A stretch of DNA of 36,250 nucleotides, from assembly GCA_000934665.2 (NCBI GenBank), contig KZ538769.1:124001-160250 (forward strand), given 5' to 3'. Positions 13,301 to 27,135 of the stretch are shown here, one piece after another. The DNA comes from Catajapyx aquilonaris. Taxonomy: Eukaryota. A program made the position numbers and the translations under genes. Positions within the stretch are counted from its first letter, which is position 1. Each line of letters opens with the position of its first letter. Under the pieces are notes generated by a model that had not been told where the DNA came from, ran no database searches, and saw only the letters and a list, made by a program, of their open reading frames with translations.

Positions 13301-15653
13301 GATTGCGCTTAATCGTCCCAAAAAATTGTGCAAGTGAACATTGCAAATTCTGTCATGTCAAACAATGGTCTCAAAAAAAATTCTTGAAAATTTTTAGGGA
13401 TAAGGGAACAATCGTTTATTCACTCTGGCCTTTTGTGACATCGTTGCAAAACCCTGCTGCATTCTTGAAATAGTTAGCCCGTGCCATCCTCGGTACCTGT
13501 ATGCTCATCATGCCGGTGCAATCCAACCTGACGTGTAAGATGAATATACGCACGAATACGTCACACAAATTGATAACCGCAGGACTTCGCAACTGCGTCA
13601 GACTTAAGTCGTTCGGCAATAAGTGTACCTCTCTCTCTCTCCGATAATGATAATAGCGCCAACCCTTCCACAGGCCGGTTCAAGGGTCACTCCTATCAGT
13701 CCTGATAGCCGCTGGGTGGACCACTGATTTCCCTTCCTTCGATCCATTCCAAAAAACGATGGATTTTTCCTCCCTTCCAAGCTCCAGCCACAATGCAAGC
13801 CTCTCCGGCAAAACAGCACGGTAAAGGCGTGACTATCCAAGTGTCACGTTTTGGATTAGGCAAGAAAACAATTACCCCACACCAACTCGAGTCCGGTAAA
13901 GCGGTTGGTGGTTTTATTTCAGCACCTCCTGACCCGATCAAACACTGCATAAGAGATGATTCCATCGGGCCGACACAATAATTGGGACACGTGAGAAGCC
14001 ATTTTCCTCTCTTATCAAAAGGAGGGGGGGGGGGGGGGNGGGGTGCCCGCCGTATCTTCGGTTCCTCTCCAGTGATTACTTGCCCAATATTGCTCGACCC
14101 ATCCCTTTGGTCTCGTGACGTCCTTTCTAAATCACCGATGGAAAAACCAGGCGTTTCCTATATTCGCTCCTACACTTTGGCGCACTGCTAATGTGTACAT
14201 GAATAATTGACCTGCGACTAGCACTAGCACTTCGGAGCCAATCCGACAGCTGTAAGCGGTGAAGCATGTTCCATATTCCCTGGCGCGCACTAAAATTGGA
14301 CAATTCTCTCAAAGGAATCGGTAGGCCGGCTTCTCTCTCAAGTGAGAAATGGGACACGGAATTCCTGCTGTGTTTATCTCCCTAGGTGAAAGTGATGATA
14401 CGTTCGGTCGACTAGACGCAATACCACGTGGATTTTCATTATGTCACATGTCGTGTTATGAATCTCAAAAGTGTGCTTTACAAGAGTGCTGGAACGTAAT
14501 TTTTTTTTTGTACCTAGAACCGGCGGTACTCGGTTAATGAATTCGTGCTATCATAGCGGCTGTTTGATCTCCGAGGGGGATCAGTCCTAAACTATTATTT
14601 AAACGTGAGCTCTTGTAATTAAGGGGAGGGATTGAATCGCCCATCGATCCTTTCAAAATTGTAGCTGCCCAAAGCATGACACGATCATGCTGGTATAATG
14701 GCGCAAAATTAAGCTTAACTTTGATCCCAATTTAAGTACTCATTCCGTTGCTCTCTAATGGGGACCCCTATATTGAACTGACTTTTTGTTCTCCCAAGTT
14801 AATTCCCTAAGTAGGGAGGACTTAACTTCAAATTGAAGCGCATCCGAGGTAATTGGACAGAAAACTGTAGAGTGATCCGCACTCGCAGGCGTATATTCCC
14901 CTGTTACAATGGCCAGTTATGCACATTTTCAGCGACTTTGCGCACCGGCGTGAGAAACTGTGCAAAATACCCCTAGGCTGCTCACACAACAAAGAAAACG
15001 TAATTCACGTGCATCGCATTATGGCAGCTAATCCTACGCACTTTTGCTGCGACGAAAGTGAGTCTGAACATCCAACTTTTCCTTTCTACCCGCCCACAAC
15101 AGTATCATTATATCAGGTTTGCGCAAACCTGTCTTGCGCAATACAAAAAAATAACAATTGGCCGTTATTAAGATCCTGCAGGCATTTCTTTTTTTAAAAG
15201 TTTGAAAGTGCAAGTGGCGTCGTGGTTACGAAGGACACGTGCCTTGGACCGTATCGAAGTGGTTCAAGTGCAGTGGGTTTTTAGGTCACTTTCCAAGTGT
15301 GACTTTATCATTATCCCATATATTCCCCCCCCCCTCTCCCCACCCTGTTTCTCCCTAAGCCTTTGCCTATTACGTCGATTTGGCGAATCTTTTATGGCAG
15401 CAGAGGGTAATTGAAATGAGTCCTCAGCAAGTGGGTCATCTCGCCCGGGGAGTATTTTCACCACGTACGGATTGCATCATTCCCCGATTCTTAACAGGAT
15501 GACACTTTACCACCCGCGTGTCGATTTTCCGATACACGCTGATAATGGCGGGAACGAGATTTTTCGAGTGGTTCGAGTGCTGAGAAGACGTGCGAGCAGA
15601 TGTCGTTTATTCGGTACTTCAAGCAGTTCTGTCCACAAGCTTGCATTCCCTAC

Positions 15654-15664
15654 TGACCCATATT
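15654..15664 (-). promoter_or_regulatory. RORE-type site AATATGGGTCA
   Basis: Matches consensus; two looser sites nearby (15278-15288, 15428-15438). Confidence 0.45.
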
Positions 15665-17682
15665 TGAATTTGGGGCAAGTGGTGCAATATGCTTCGGTGT
15701 CACCCAAAAGGACAGTGTCGCATCTCAGGGTATCATTACCGAGAGATATCTAAGCGACAAAAAAAAAAGATTGAAGGATTACATCTATGTAAGATTGGTA
15801 ATTGCACCTGAACTATTTTCATCGCAAGTATGCTGAGGAAGAAGGGCGTTCTGATTAATATGCGTTTCTTCCCTTTGATTCAGACTATTATATAGATCTC
15901 TGCGAGAACTTTTCCCGGAAAAAAACCTCAAGGACGTTGCAATGTTTCCAGTTTTGCCTCTTCCGTACCATTTGGTCGTAAGGTCACAGGGTGCACCTGT
16001 CCAGCTGAAAACCTAAAGAGGCCTGTATTGGACGGCGTCTTCCGAGTAAAATTATTATAGTTTTTCATTCACAGGGGCGCCGTCATGCCTCACACCGACA
16101 GAAAACATCTACGCAGAAAAACTGGTTATTTCTATTATCAGTCTGCGAGTTATTCGCACATGCTCAGGATATAAATTGCTCCATGCACCAGACAGTACGA
16201 CAGCATGCCTATACATCGCAAGTTCGGTGCCACATAGCAGGCTATACCATAGCACAATGTACGCGTTCATGGTAAAACAGGCACGTATTTTCCAAACAAA
16301 AATCCCGGGCATAACACTGGTTGCAACCCGTCACAACATTAATAAACTAATACATTTATTTGCAGAGTGGGCCATGTGTGGATCAATTATTATTGGAAAT
16401 GAGCAGACTATACTCTGCACAATACCTGATAATTAGCTGCACCACTCGACGTGGCATACCCAATAGTTAGGAATGAAAGAGGAATGAGTCATATTTCCCC
16501 TCTGTATGTATAGGCATATTATCTTATGCACTACTGAATCAACATTCACAATATACAAATAATACAGTCGATAGTTCATATGGTCAACAGTCAACTCCCA
16601 ATAGGCCTACTATGTGATATGAAAACATTTTAATTTTCACAAATCCAAATGCAAAAAGCTATATTAGTAATATAATATATTAAAAATAGTGAGGTTAATC
16701 AAATTTCTTTTTTCCCCGCACAAATTGAATTCAGCATAAATCATTACATATCCCTGCTTCTTCACGACCTGAGGACATTGTATGACCCCTGCGGTAATTT
16801 TTCTTTCTTTCTTCCACAGCCTGCCTTTCTAAAATCTCGTACATACAAAAACTGTCTTTATAGTATAATGAACATCACCACAGAATAATTTTACCTATAC
16901 AATTTCACAAAAAGAAGGCTCAGACTCTAGCTTCCTTAACTGCATTCATCCAGTAGTCTGGCCCCCTTGCGTGCCAGACGTTACGCAGCAGTTCCCACGC
17001 TTCCCGACAATTTTCGGCACGCTTAAAAAATATCACCCGCCCGTGTGTTGCTTGCCTAAAAAATCTCGGACGTTGCCCATGCATATTACCATCAGACATG
17101 GACCACTTTCTCTTTTTTTGTACACCCCCAATAGTCATCAATTTCCAACAATATTTGGGGGAACTCCAACACGCCGCAAGCAATCAATCGATTTAATCAG
17201 TGAGCAATAATATATTGGGTCCATTTTTAGAATCGCCTGCAGACGACCATCACTTTCGGAGTGATCGGTTCCGGTCGAGTCACAGGAGGTCACGCACAGC
17301 TCATACTGTAAGGTCGTGGAAGAAGCTGCAGTGTCGTTTATTATCTCCCTTAGCTGCTTCCCAGCTCCCTGACATGAAAGTGAGACCTCCAGGCTACGGT
17401 TTTCCATTGTGAGTGGTTTCCTGGCCGTAACAATTTTACTATTACACAATGCCTCGTAACCCTTCGGAATCTGATAATCCTCACCTGAAGCCCGCCTCCT
17501 TTCCATGATGTATAAACCTGCCAACCCCCACCCCCCTTCCCTCCCCAAAAAAGAATCCCCCTCCTTCGGAGTCACAATAACCTACTTCCCCAGAAACCCA
17601 ATGCACTTGACCTCCTCTCCCAGAGACCGCTTTCGCTTTCCATCAGGGTCGACCGCAGGAAACCTGCTGTATGTACACGACC

Positions 17683-17710
17683 CACACACACATCCACACA
17701 CACACACACA
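17683..17710 (+). repeat. Interrupted (CA)n microsatellite
   Basis: cacacacacatccacacacacacacaca. Confidence 0.8.
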
Positions 17711-18762
17711 AACGAAAGAAGCATATTAAAATGTGGGCTGATGTTGAAAAATTAGAGGACCATAAATAGGACCAGGTTGATCCCGCAATTTCGTGAGTTC
17801 TAGGATATTCTAGTCACGAGAGTTGGAGGAAGTGGTGGTCGGGAGAAGAGGGGGGAGGGGTGTTTCTAATGCGACGACCTAATTACTGCCGAGCATATAG
17901 ATTACTCCGGGCCTCATTAAATATCGCGAACTAAGCTACAAATAAAGAGTTGAGTGTGATTAACATTGTAGATTTTACCAACTCTATAGATGGTGAGTAA
18001 TAGTCCGCTAACAAAAAACCGCTTTATGTGCGAGGAAAATTACGTTGATTGGCTGCCGGATAACTAGGAGTTAAGAATATTAGAGTCGGTTTAGGCGTTT
18101 CAACACAAACTCGAATTTCAGGTTGTGGATATAATACTCGCCTTCTGTGCACAAATATACACAGCGTATCTATTTATAGAACCTCATGTAATCTTCCAAG
18201 TTAAACAACCCTCTAATGTTTTCTTCTTTCTCCACCTCTTCTTGAGCGCCATTAAAAACCATGTCATGTGACAGGTATTGCTCACAAGCGATGACGCACA
18301 TCAAAATTAACTCATTCGCCAGAGCCACGGAACATAAATTCTTGTTGTTCGTTACTTCAACCACCGTTGAAGTCACCTCATATCCCGCATGCAAAATCAC
18401 AATGACGCTGCAGATTTTGATGACGCATTCTACCACCTATGGTTCCAAGAACCCCCTGGACAAACTTGACTAGCAAGATAGCCTATCACACACAGTGACG
18501 CTTCAAACTCTGCTTTTTTTCTTCTCCTCCTCCCCATAACTCCCCAAGGCTCTACCCAGCCATCTATCTCCGATTTATTACTCCTTGTTCCTGCGTTGAG
18601 TCAGGTGAGGAAATTGGGATACCGCAAGGATCTACACCAAATGGTGCGTATATTACGCGCAAAAATATTTTGGTCCAGCAACAGCGCAGCTGCTTGCTTC
18701 ATTCCCGGTTGGGCTACCAAGCCTCAACCAGCTCACAAAAAAGGGTGCTACCTGTGAAAGCC

Positions 18763-18853
18763 CCAAGGTCACACAAACACACACGACATCCATTCGTAAT
18801 TTCCCTCCACCAATCTAATGTCCAGGTATCTCTTGCGTGGCTTGACCCACTTA
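18763..18853. promoter_or_regulatory. NR5A site CCAAGGTCA (18763-18771, +) next to RORE-type site TAAGTGGGTCA (18843-18853, -)
   Basis: Both match consensus, 70 bp apart, followed by a 22-bp repeat. Confidence 0.4.
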
Positions 18854-21800
18854 CCCAGTGCACTAGACCCACTTTCCCTTTCTAGGGGATTGTTAAGTAA
18901 CAATGTGTCTTGCATCATGCCCATGATGGGTTTGGGGAGAGAGGGATGGAAACACCTGTCCTCCCCCCCTCCCCCACCCCTCGTTGTTTTTTCAATTCGA
19001 CCTTCCCTGATTGTGAACTGACATCCTAACACAGTGCACTAGACCTACTTTCCACCCTTTTTCCACCTGCCGAATAGGGCGGCCGGACCACACTTTCGTT
19101 TTCCATCTCGTGGCCGACCACTCTTACTCCTACACAAAAATCCCAACGCATATCATTTAATTTTCGCTGCCATATTGTGCATGCACCATGTCCTTCCAGC
19201 CCATCTCTCTATTCCGAAAGACATTGCGCAACCCACCCAATTGTCGTGTTTCCAACCTGATTTCCATTGCAGAGGTCGCGGGGTCCCAAAAAGCAATTTT
19301 CCCTCCGCCCCTGTCTCCTTCTATGGCGACGCTCGTTTTTTGATCCACATTAGTCATCGGCTCAACTTTGTAGCGGAGAAAATATCGCTTTCCTGCCGAA
19401 TTACCAATAAAGCTTTAGTTGCGACTCCCCGGCTTTTGTCAGCGCTTAATGCCGTTTTGATACCGCACAATGAAACGAGTTTGTCGCTCCCTCGAGTCGT
19501 ATTCCCCAGCAGTCAATGGCATGGAGTGACTTTTCGATAAGGGCAAAACCCCAGGCACGGTACACAAAAGCAATATGCAGCAGCCTGATTTAATGCTCCG
19601 AGGGTGACTAAAGTCCACTCGCTATCGTTATTGTCACATGAGGCCCAGCGCACCACAAGTGTGGCAGGTGAGGCCTCCAATCCTATCTTCTCTTCCCTTT
19701 AAGGCCGTAAGTTTCACATGTCGTAAAAACGGCTATCTCAGCGTATCAAAAAACCAGTGACAAACTGAAGGACAAAGCTCTTCACCTTTTTTTTATACCC
19801 TCCCCAAACTGTCAATATTAGCCGCTTAAGATGCCGTGCCTACATTTGGGTTCGATTAACCTAGCGTGACGTACACTGATGTCATCAATTCGCCTGGGTG
19901 CATTATACGCACATCGCTGTGTATTGAACTAACGCTGCATTGCGTGTGCTCGAGACATCACACGCCCCTATTAAATCGGCTCACCACCGCAGCACATAAT
20001 ATCGGTGCGCATAAATACGTGATCCGCACATATGACGTCCGCTAATAGTCATTATGCTCAGAGTTGCCTGATTCATCTCATGCGTCATCCAGGTTTCGCC
20101 ATTATTCGCACGTTAGCATCCCCTTCTTTCCTTTTTACTATGTCACCTATTATCGTCGAATTCACATAACACCTGATTGAATCATCCTGAATAATGAAAT
20201 ATGCAAAAACGGCCTAAATATGTGCCGCAGCCGCTGTTGGGCAATCAATATAGGCAGAGTCCTATTGACCAAAGTGTAGGCTGCATATAGTGAGGGGGGG
20301 GGGGGTTACGACTGGGGGGGTTCTCCTCTGCCTACTTACCTCCTGACCCACTAACATTGGCACTACTTCAGCAGCCATTCATTAGGCCTCGAGCCAACCT
20401 CTGACGTGGTCCCTTTTATGGATAACCTGTCCTGGAACGCAAGCTGGAGTTATTTGCCCCACCAACTTTTAACCACCCTTCATTTTCCACCCTCTCTCTC
20501 CTCCCCCCGCCCAAACTTCATCTATCTACAGGAGTGTTGTGGGTCTATAATCGCATTAGTTCCACCAACGTTGCGTGGGCGCACCAAAACCTTCGCTTTT
20601 ATTTTTAGGTCACTAAGTCAGCACCTTTTTGTCCCATTTTTAGGGAGGGGCTGTTTTTTAAAAAAAAGGGCTGCTCCCCCGCCTCTTTTTAGAGGAGGTG
20701 CGGATGACTATGCTGGGATGTAACTCCGGTGGAAAAAGTGGTCCGTCAGCGTGTATCGGGGTGGGAAATGTTGCGGGTAGTTAGTTCCCAATGAAAGGGA
20801 GCGTGGCGTCCAATGGTGCTGGCCTACTTCGCCACTGGCGAAAGTGAAATGCAAAGCACACTGATTTAGGTCTGATGAAAGGAAAAGTATTTTCTAACGT
20901 GATCCCGCGTTGTTATCTCATGCGATGAAAGGGAGTGGGAGATACAGCCAGAGTGAGAGAGAGAAAAAAAATTGGTTGACACCATTGTTGGATGGGCACT
21001 TTCAGTTTCGACCAACTATTTAATAATTGCAGCAAACCAATATTTCAGGATTCTGTGAAGCACATTCCATGCTTGTATCGAACTTTTCATAACATATTGG
21101 TTTTACACACAAAAAAGCTCACTTTTCACTGCGAACAAGTGAGCTATTATAAATGACGTGCATTCATCTTGATGCATTAAAACAGGGGTCCCTGCGTAGC
21201 TTTGTGGCCTCTGACAAATTGACAATCAAATCGACGGAAACTGTATAGGAATGGCACCTAATTTTCTATGATGACGCTCACGCTAAAATCTGGCCATATG
21301 TAGCTGATTTATAACTAGAGGGATCGGATCCACATCCTTGACCCAATTGTCATGGGAGAACTCGTCGTATTCTGTCAAGGTCTTCACTCATGTGCGGACG
21401 TTTGTTGTGTTGCCCGCACTACATGAAACAACAAAAAAAGAGAGTTATGGGCAACACATTGTTCCAAGCTCCTCTATTATCTCGACTCCAGTCTTGATAA
21501 TCCTGATTATTCTCGCCAACAGCGTCAAAAAGCGGTTCGCGTGACTGTAGCTGGCAATGGGCAAAATTGCGCGTCGATATGAGGCTGGAGCTCGTTCCAC
21601 GCTTACTTTTACATACTAACTTTTTTTTTTTTTGTGGTCCACAAAATATTTCATGCATTTTTTACTACTCGCAGCAATCAGCTCTAATTCGTATAGTTGT
21701 GGAATGTGACAGTGTATTGTATGCTAGAAGACAAAAACGCAGCCTCCAAAATATGCAACCATAACTCGCAACAAGCACACTATACTCTCGTGCTCGGAAA

Positions 21801-22599
21801 CAAAGGGCCCAGTGCTTTCGTGCCACGTAAAGCCGGGTATCGATCCCGTAATCGATTGCAATCATCAGAAATACTCCACTTTTAATGCCTTCCTGAAATG
21901 TTATCGGCTTGGCAATTCAGACTTTTAAAAAGAACCAACTCAATCATACACGGTGCATACACGGTGCATTCACACTGCATATACGATGTACAATAATCAA
22001 ACTATAATAGGTACACGTGAAGCTAAAACCAATTTTCGTAGGAACAAACACGGTCGTATAGAAGATCCTGTTATTTGCGTAGCATCTCTACGGTAACCAA
22101 TTTGGACCCCCAGAATCTAATTTTGTAACCTCATTCCTTCCTGATTACAATGTCGGGTCGGCAATAACAACCCATCAGGAATGCTGCATCCTGCAAGTTA
22201 GGTTTCCCCTGCAACAGAAAATGTACTGCTCCAAACACTCAGGATGAACGAAACATTCCACACACACACCCATCTAAATACTCAAGATTCTCCACACACT
22301 GTGGATTATTCTGAAACTATTCCACCATTCACTCCATATCTGGCGCAAGGATTTGCCAGTCACCGCAAGACACGGTATGCTACGTTGAGTCATTTTATGA
22401 CATTATAATTACAGTGTATAGATTACTGCAGTATTATTTCTCATCCATTCTTCTCATTTTAATGTACCGCCCATTATACTTTTCGAAAATACGAAGTCGT
22501 TGGAATTTTTGGTGTGCAAATCATGACCACGATTCTGACACTCAATGCTTCCGGTATCTGATGTATATTTTTACTTACGTTATAAACAATGTAAGTAGA

Positions 22600-22608
22600 T
22601 GACCTTGG
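22600..22608 (-). promoter_or_regulatory. NR5A/FTZ-F1 consensus site CCAAGGTCA
   Basis: TGACCTTGG on +. Confidence 0.3.
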
Positions 22609-24865
22609 AAAACGTGAACAGCGTTAACCTGATTTTGCGACCACGCCAAATAAGCGCGCCTCGATTCCCTTTTATTCCCCATGCATAGTGTGTAAACACA
22701 GCATGTTTTATTTCTGAATCCAATCGTCGTTACGCACGCTCATGCCAAGCCATGATTAAATAAGTTATTTGACAGATTCAAGTCATGATACTACGAATTC
22801 ATCACTGAATATGCGGTTCCAAACAAACGCCAAAAAGGTCGTAAATAATCTTGAGAAAAGCACTGTGAGAGAGTTTCCAATATATCGTTACATAATCAAG
22901 TCACTATATGCAGAGTGTATACATCAATATATCATGTCACGAGATATGTCAATTTCGTCATAAATTACAACAAAATTCCAAAGGTCAACCCCTGTAAGAT
23001 CCTGGTACTGTACACCCTAATTTCCCAGGAAAAAAACACGTACATACACAATGCTTCCTGATCAATTAGTATCGTAATTAGGCCAAAGTCATGTCAAGGT
23101 TTAAGCAGAAAAAATGTGAACAAATGCCCATATTCTTCCAGTATAAGAGAAGCATCGCTAGAAAGCATCAAAGTAGCCGAGTCCGGATGAGCTCTCATCT
23201 CCCAAGGATATCAGCAACATGAAATGAGGTTACCATGAATAGGATTTGCAGGTCCCCCACCTCCCCACTAAGCCCTCTTCCCCTTGGAAGAATACCAAGC
23301 ACTGTTTAAAAACTTGAAACACTGAACTTCTAACACACCTTCATTGTGAGGCTGCAAGAGATGCTATCTTGCAAGCCTCCCAGCTCAAAACCACGAGGGT
23401 TACCAAGTACCGCCTCTGTAGCTTTTCAGGCAGTGCAGTGGAAGATTGCACTTTGCAACTTTATTATGCAGCCGTGCATTGCTACAATTCCCAGCAGGGG
23501 ATCTAGTTTCTCCCTATTTTCGCCAACAAAACCCGGCTCTAATCTGCGCAGTATCCACTCCTTTTTAAGTGTCTTTTAATGAAGTTCACTGACTTTGGCT
23601 GCTCTTGGTCAGATAAGAGGCGAGGTGCAGCGCAAGCTAAAAGTCTCTGCGCTTTTACTACGGGGTTGGGAAACACGAGGTCCGCTTTACGTCACCAAAA
23701 CAGGCGTAGGTAAACATCAACAGCTTTCTGCGACGAAACGTTACGTCTTCATCCAAACCCGGGCTGCTGTAACACGACGCACAACCTGTGCAATTTTTCA
23801 GACCGTGACATATAAATATAATCTCATTATTTCTCGCCAAATGCGTGGCAGATTTTTCAAAGCGTATGCTCCTCAAGGATGCTTCCCAGCACCATTCTTC
23901 GCAGACGCAGATAGACGGAACCAACTCATGAGCTATAATTAAGTGACCTTCCACCAAAACACATGAAACGCTTGACCCACTTCTCAAGCCAAAAATGCTC
24001 GCAATGTCAACATGGATGACGTCCCATAACCCAAACCTTCTCTCTCCACACCAAAACCCTTCAATATTTTTCCCCCCCAACCCCTCTCCCGAAATTTATG
24101 TGGTTCCTCCTTAATATCCCTCCCGTGTCGGATCGCTTCAACTCTGCCATGCAGCACGCTCCGTTGCGTTATTGGAAGTTATAACCCGCCCACAAATTCG
24201 TCATCCCATCGTAAATGAGGTCTCCGGGTTAAAAATTGCGTCCACCAATTTTTTTTCAAAAAATAAATTAATGCGTCACACATTTCCTAGCTAAGACGAA
24301 TGGCATTTAGTTTGGTGCCTGTTGGCCACCCTAGAAAACAACTGCCGTGCTGCGTATATGACACCCTCCTGCATGTGCAAATTTTTCTGCGCTGATATCA
24401 CTTCTGGGTGCCAGTTCCTCGGGTGACGATGACCACTCTCAGCGGAGTTGGACAATACAAACCCGCGATAACGGACCAAAACCGTGGGAGAGTTGGCAGG
24501 TTATCGCTCGGCATATTGCAAATCAACACCTCTGGTGGGGTGTTGAGTGCACACAGGGTCGATTACGCCGCCATGCTCGAATCAGGTCACCCACTAACAT
24601 TGGCACTGCTGGCCTGGTTGCTGGATTGATGGTGGTTTGCTGGAGGTTATTCTTCCTTTTTTTCGGTCATCCCCATCCAGTATGGAGAGGCTGGTGGGGG
24701 TGGAGTGCATTTTTTTTCTGCCAAAGGGGCGAGGCCATGGCATGCAAAAGCAGAACATGTAAGAAGGCGAAAGGAAAAGAGTGGTGGGGGGACTCTATGC
24801 TGTGTTTGTGACGCAGCAGGAGTACCCCTGGCGGGCCTCCCCGCAAGCTTTAGAGCTGAGCCGAC

Positions 24866-24876
24866 TGACCCAGTTT
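24866..24876 (-). promoter_or_regulatory. RORE-type site AAACTGGGTCA
   Basis: Matches WAWNTRGGTCA. Confidence 0.45.
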
Positions 24877-27135
24877 CCCTGATTGATTTGCTCGGCTATG
24901 CCTACACCACTCCAAAAGAGCTACTAGCAATGCCTTCAACCACTGCTTTTTTTGTGTGTGTGTCATTATTATTATTTTTACCACCCATGCCCTCATTCAG
25001 CAAGCTGCAAATTAGGCCCAGCAAAAAAAAATTCTGTGGCCATGTACGCTTCATTTCAATATCACGCACCCAGGCAAAATGTTTGCACTGAAAATAGCAG
25101 GTGCACAGTAATGATGCGACCCAATTTTGCGTCAAAAAAATGCCAACAATGTGTGAACCTTGGATCGGAATTTTTTTACCCGAGGTTCTCTGCTGGAATT
25201 TATATTCATCCGGGGAAGAAAACAATGCTCTCGGTACAGGGGCACCAGAAAAAATTTATGGCTTGATGAACCGCCCCCGTCGTTTTATTTTGAATGGGAC
25301 GTACCGCGATGGCGACGCAGCCTCTCTAAGGTCCAAAATGAGGTTGCTTCCTCATCCCAGGAGGCAATTTTCTAGGACCTCCAATCAAACATCCCTCGAG
25401 GGCCATTGACCAAACTGTCCGATTCATCCTCCCCAAAAATATAATTCTCAAAGAGCGGTTCTGACCCTTTTTATTAATGAAAACCTGCCCCAATGTTGCG
25501 GGTTTTGAAAAGCAAAAGCAACATAACGGTAGCTCTTTCGTGTCAGCTTTCACCCCAAAAACCCCTTCTTCTTTTTGCGACACGAACCACTTTCTTTTTC
25601 ACCTTCCCTTTCGACGGAATCCTTGTCAACTAGTTAGAAGAAAAAATTTGCATTATTGGCGGGGGCCATGTTTCTTATTGGATGATATCACTTCAAATTT
25701 GATGCGGTTTTCGGGCCACAAAAGCGCGTGAGAAGCGTCTCCTTCCTTTGCAATCGATTTCCGATAGACTCTTGCGCGTCTTACCCACGTGTGACGCGAC
25801 GCAGTAGGTCAGCAAAACGTTAGCGCTTCTCCACCACCCCCACCACCTAAAATTGAGGTAAAAGCCAGAGAAAGAGGTCACCTCCTTCAAGAAAGGTCGA
25901 GCGGAATCAATACTGCCCTCCAAACTAAAACAGGGTGTGCTCCACATCTTCTGATGTGTATTCTGGTTATCTCGCAATGGGGTTTGTAACCCTGCACATG
26001 ACATGGAGTTGCCCAAATTTGTCTGCTGTGGACTTATAAAATATCAGGGGCATTAACCACGCAATTTGTGGAATACAGCTCAATTTGTTTTCTGATATTG
26101 TGTTTGAATGTAAATATTTGAGCGACATGCACAGATGCTGCTAACTCCAAAAATAATTATGTCGCTTCCATTATTACCATTCTCTGTTATGTAAATAAAT
26201 CATTACCCTTGCAGCTAATCAAACAATACAAAAAGCACAATTGCTGAAATGAGCACGGCTTGTGATCGAATCAGAACGGTTTGAAATTGGAGCCAAATTT
26301 TACTTTCATAAAACCGCTGCGATGGGCAGACGTAGCGGTTTGGCAGTGCAAAACAAGTATTTTTCCTGAAAAAGTAGACCAGCATGAACTTGACCCAAAT
26401 CCTAATTATGGCATTGTGTGAATGGCATCATAGTGACACAACTACAGCAGCGTTCCTTTCCATGACAGGGTGAAAGTTGCTCGGATTGTTACATAAAACT
26501 ACGTTCCCTGGCGATGAGCTTGGATTCACCAGTCGAGACTAGGCCTAGGCCTACTTTCACGCTCCGTGCCCGCAAGCACTTTCTGTTGCTCGTGCACTTG
26601 CACTGCGAATGCCATAGAATTCACTCGCACTTACTCTCCATTCTGCACTGAACGCAACACAATTTCAGTTTTAATACCACAATCAAGGCCTCCATATTCA
26701 AGCAAAATTGCTCTCAACAAGCAACTAAAAACATGTATCGTTTAACACCAATTTGGTACAGGCCTAGGCTACTTGTAAATAACATTTCATTTGAATAGCT
26801 ACCAATTTTGTGCCCAATGTGAATTTATCCAAGCGAGCAGTTTGCGCTTAGATTCTATATTAACCGCATGCGCTCCAAATGCACTCAACGTCGCACCCTG
26901 GTTACAGTTTCATCCAGGCTGGTTTTTCAACAGTATGACTCCACCGAGGGGTTGAATCGTGCACCGACAGACTTGTAACAACAACCATGTGCATTGCGCT
27001 GCCTCCTCGCAGCATGTCGTTTGCCTCTACCAACATGACTCTTCAACGCTGATGTTGGGTCACATGCCGTACTCATTTTTAATCATATATTTCATAGAAC
27101 ACACCATGCATGATCCTTACCCATGTCATCGTTAC

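Noticed and set aside
18170..18436. 88-aa minus-strand ORF
   Set aside because: No recognisable homology or convincing splice context
20334..20378. Perfect donor GAG|GTAAGT after MAAEVVPMLVGQE as a third FTZ-F1 first exon
   Set aside because: Phase 0, so out of frame with the phase-1 acceptor at 8381; a non-coding exon cannot be excluded
21945..21980. Short tandem repeat CATACACGGTG x2 plus degenerate copies
   Set aside because: Ordinary slippage duplication; no spacers, not CRISPR-like
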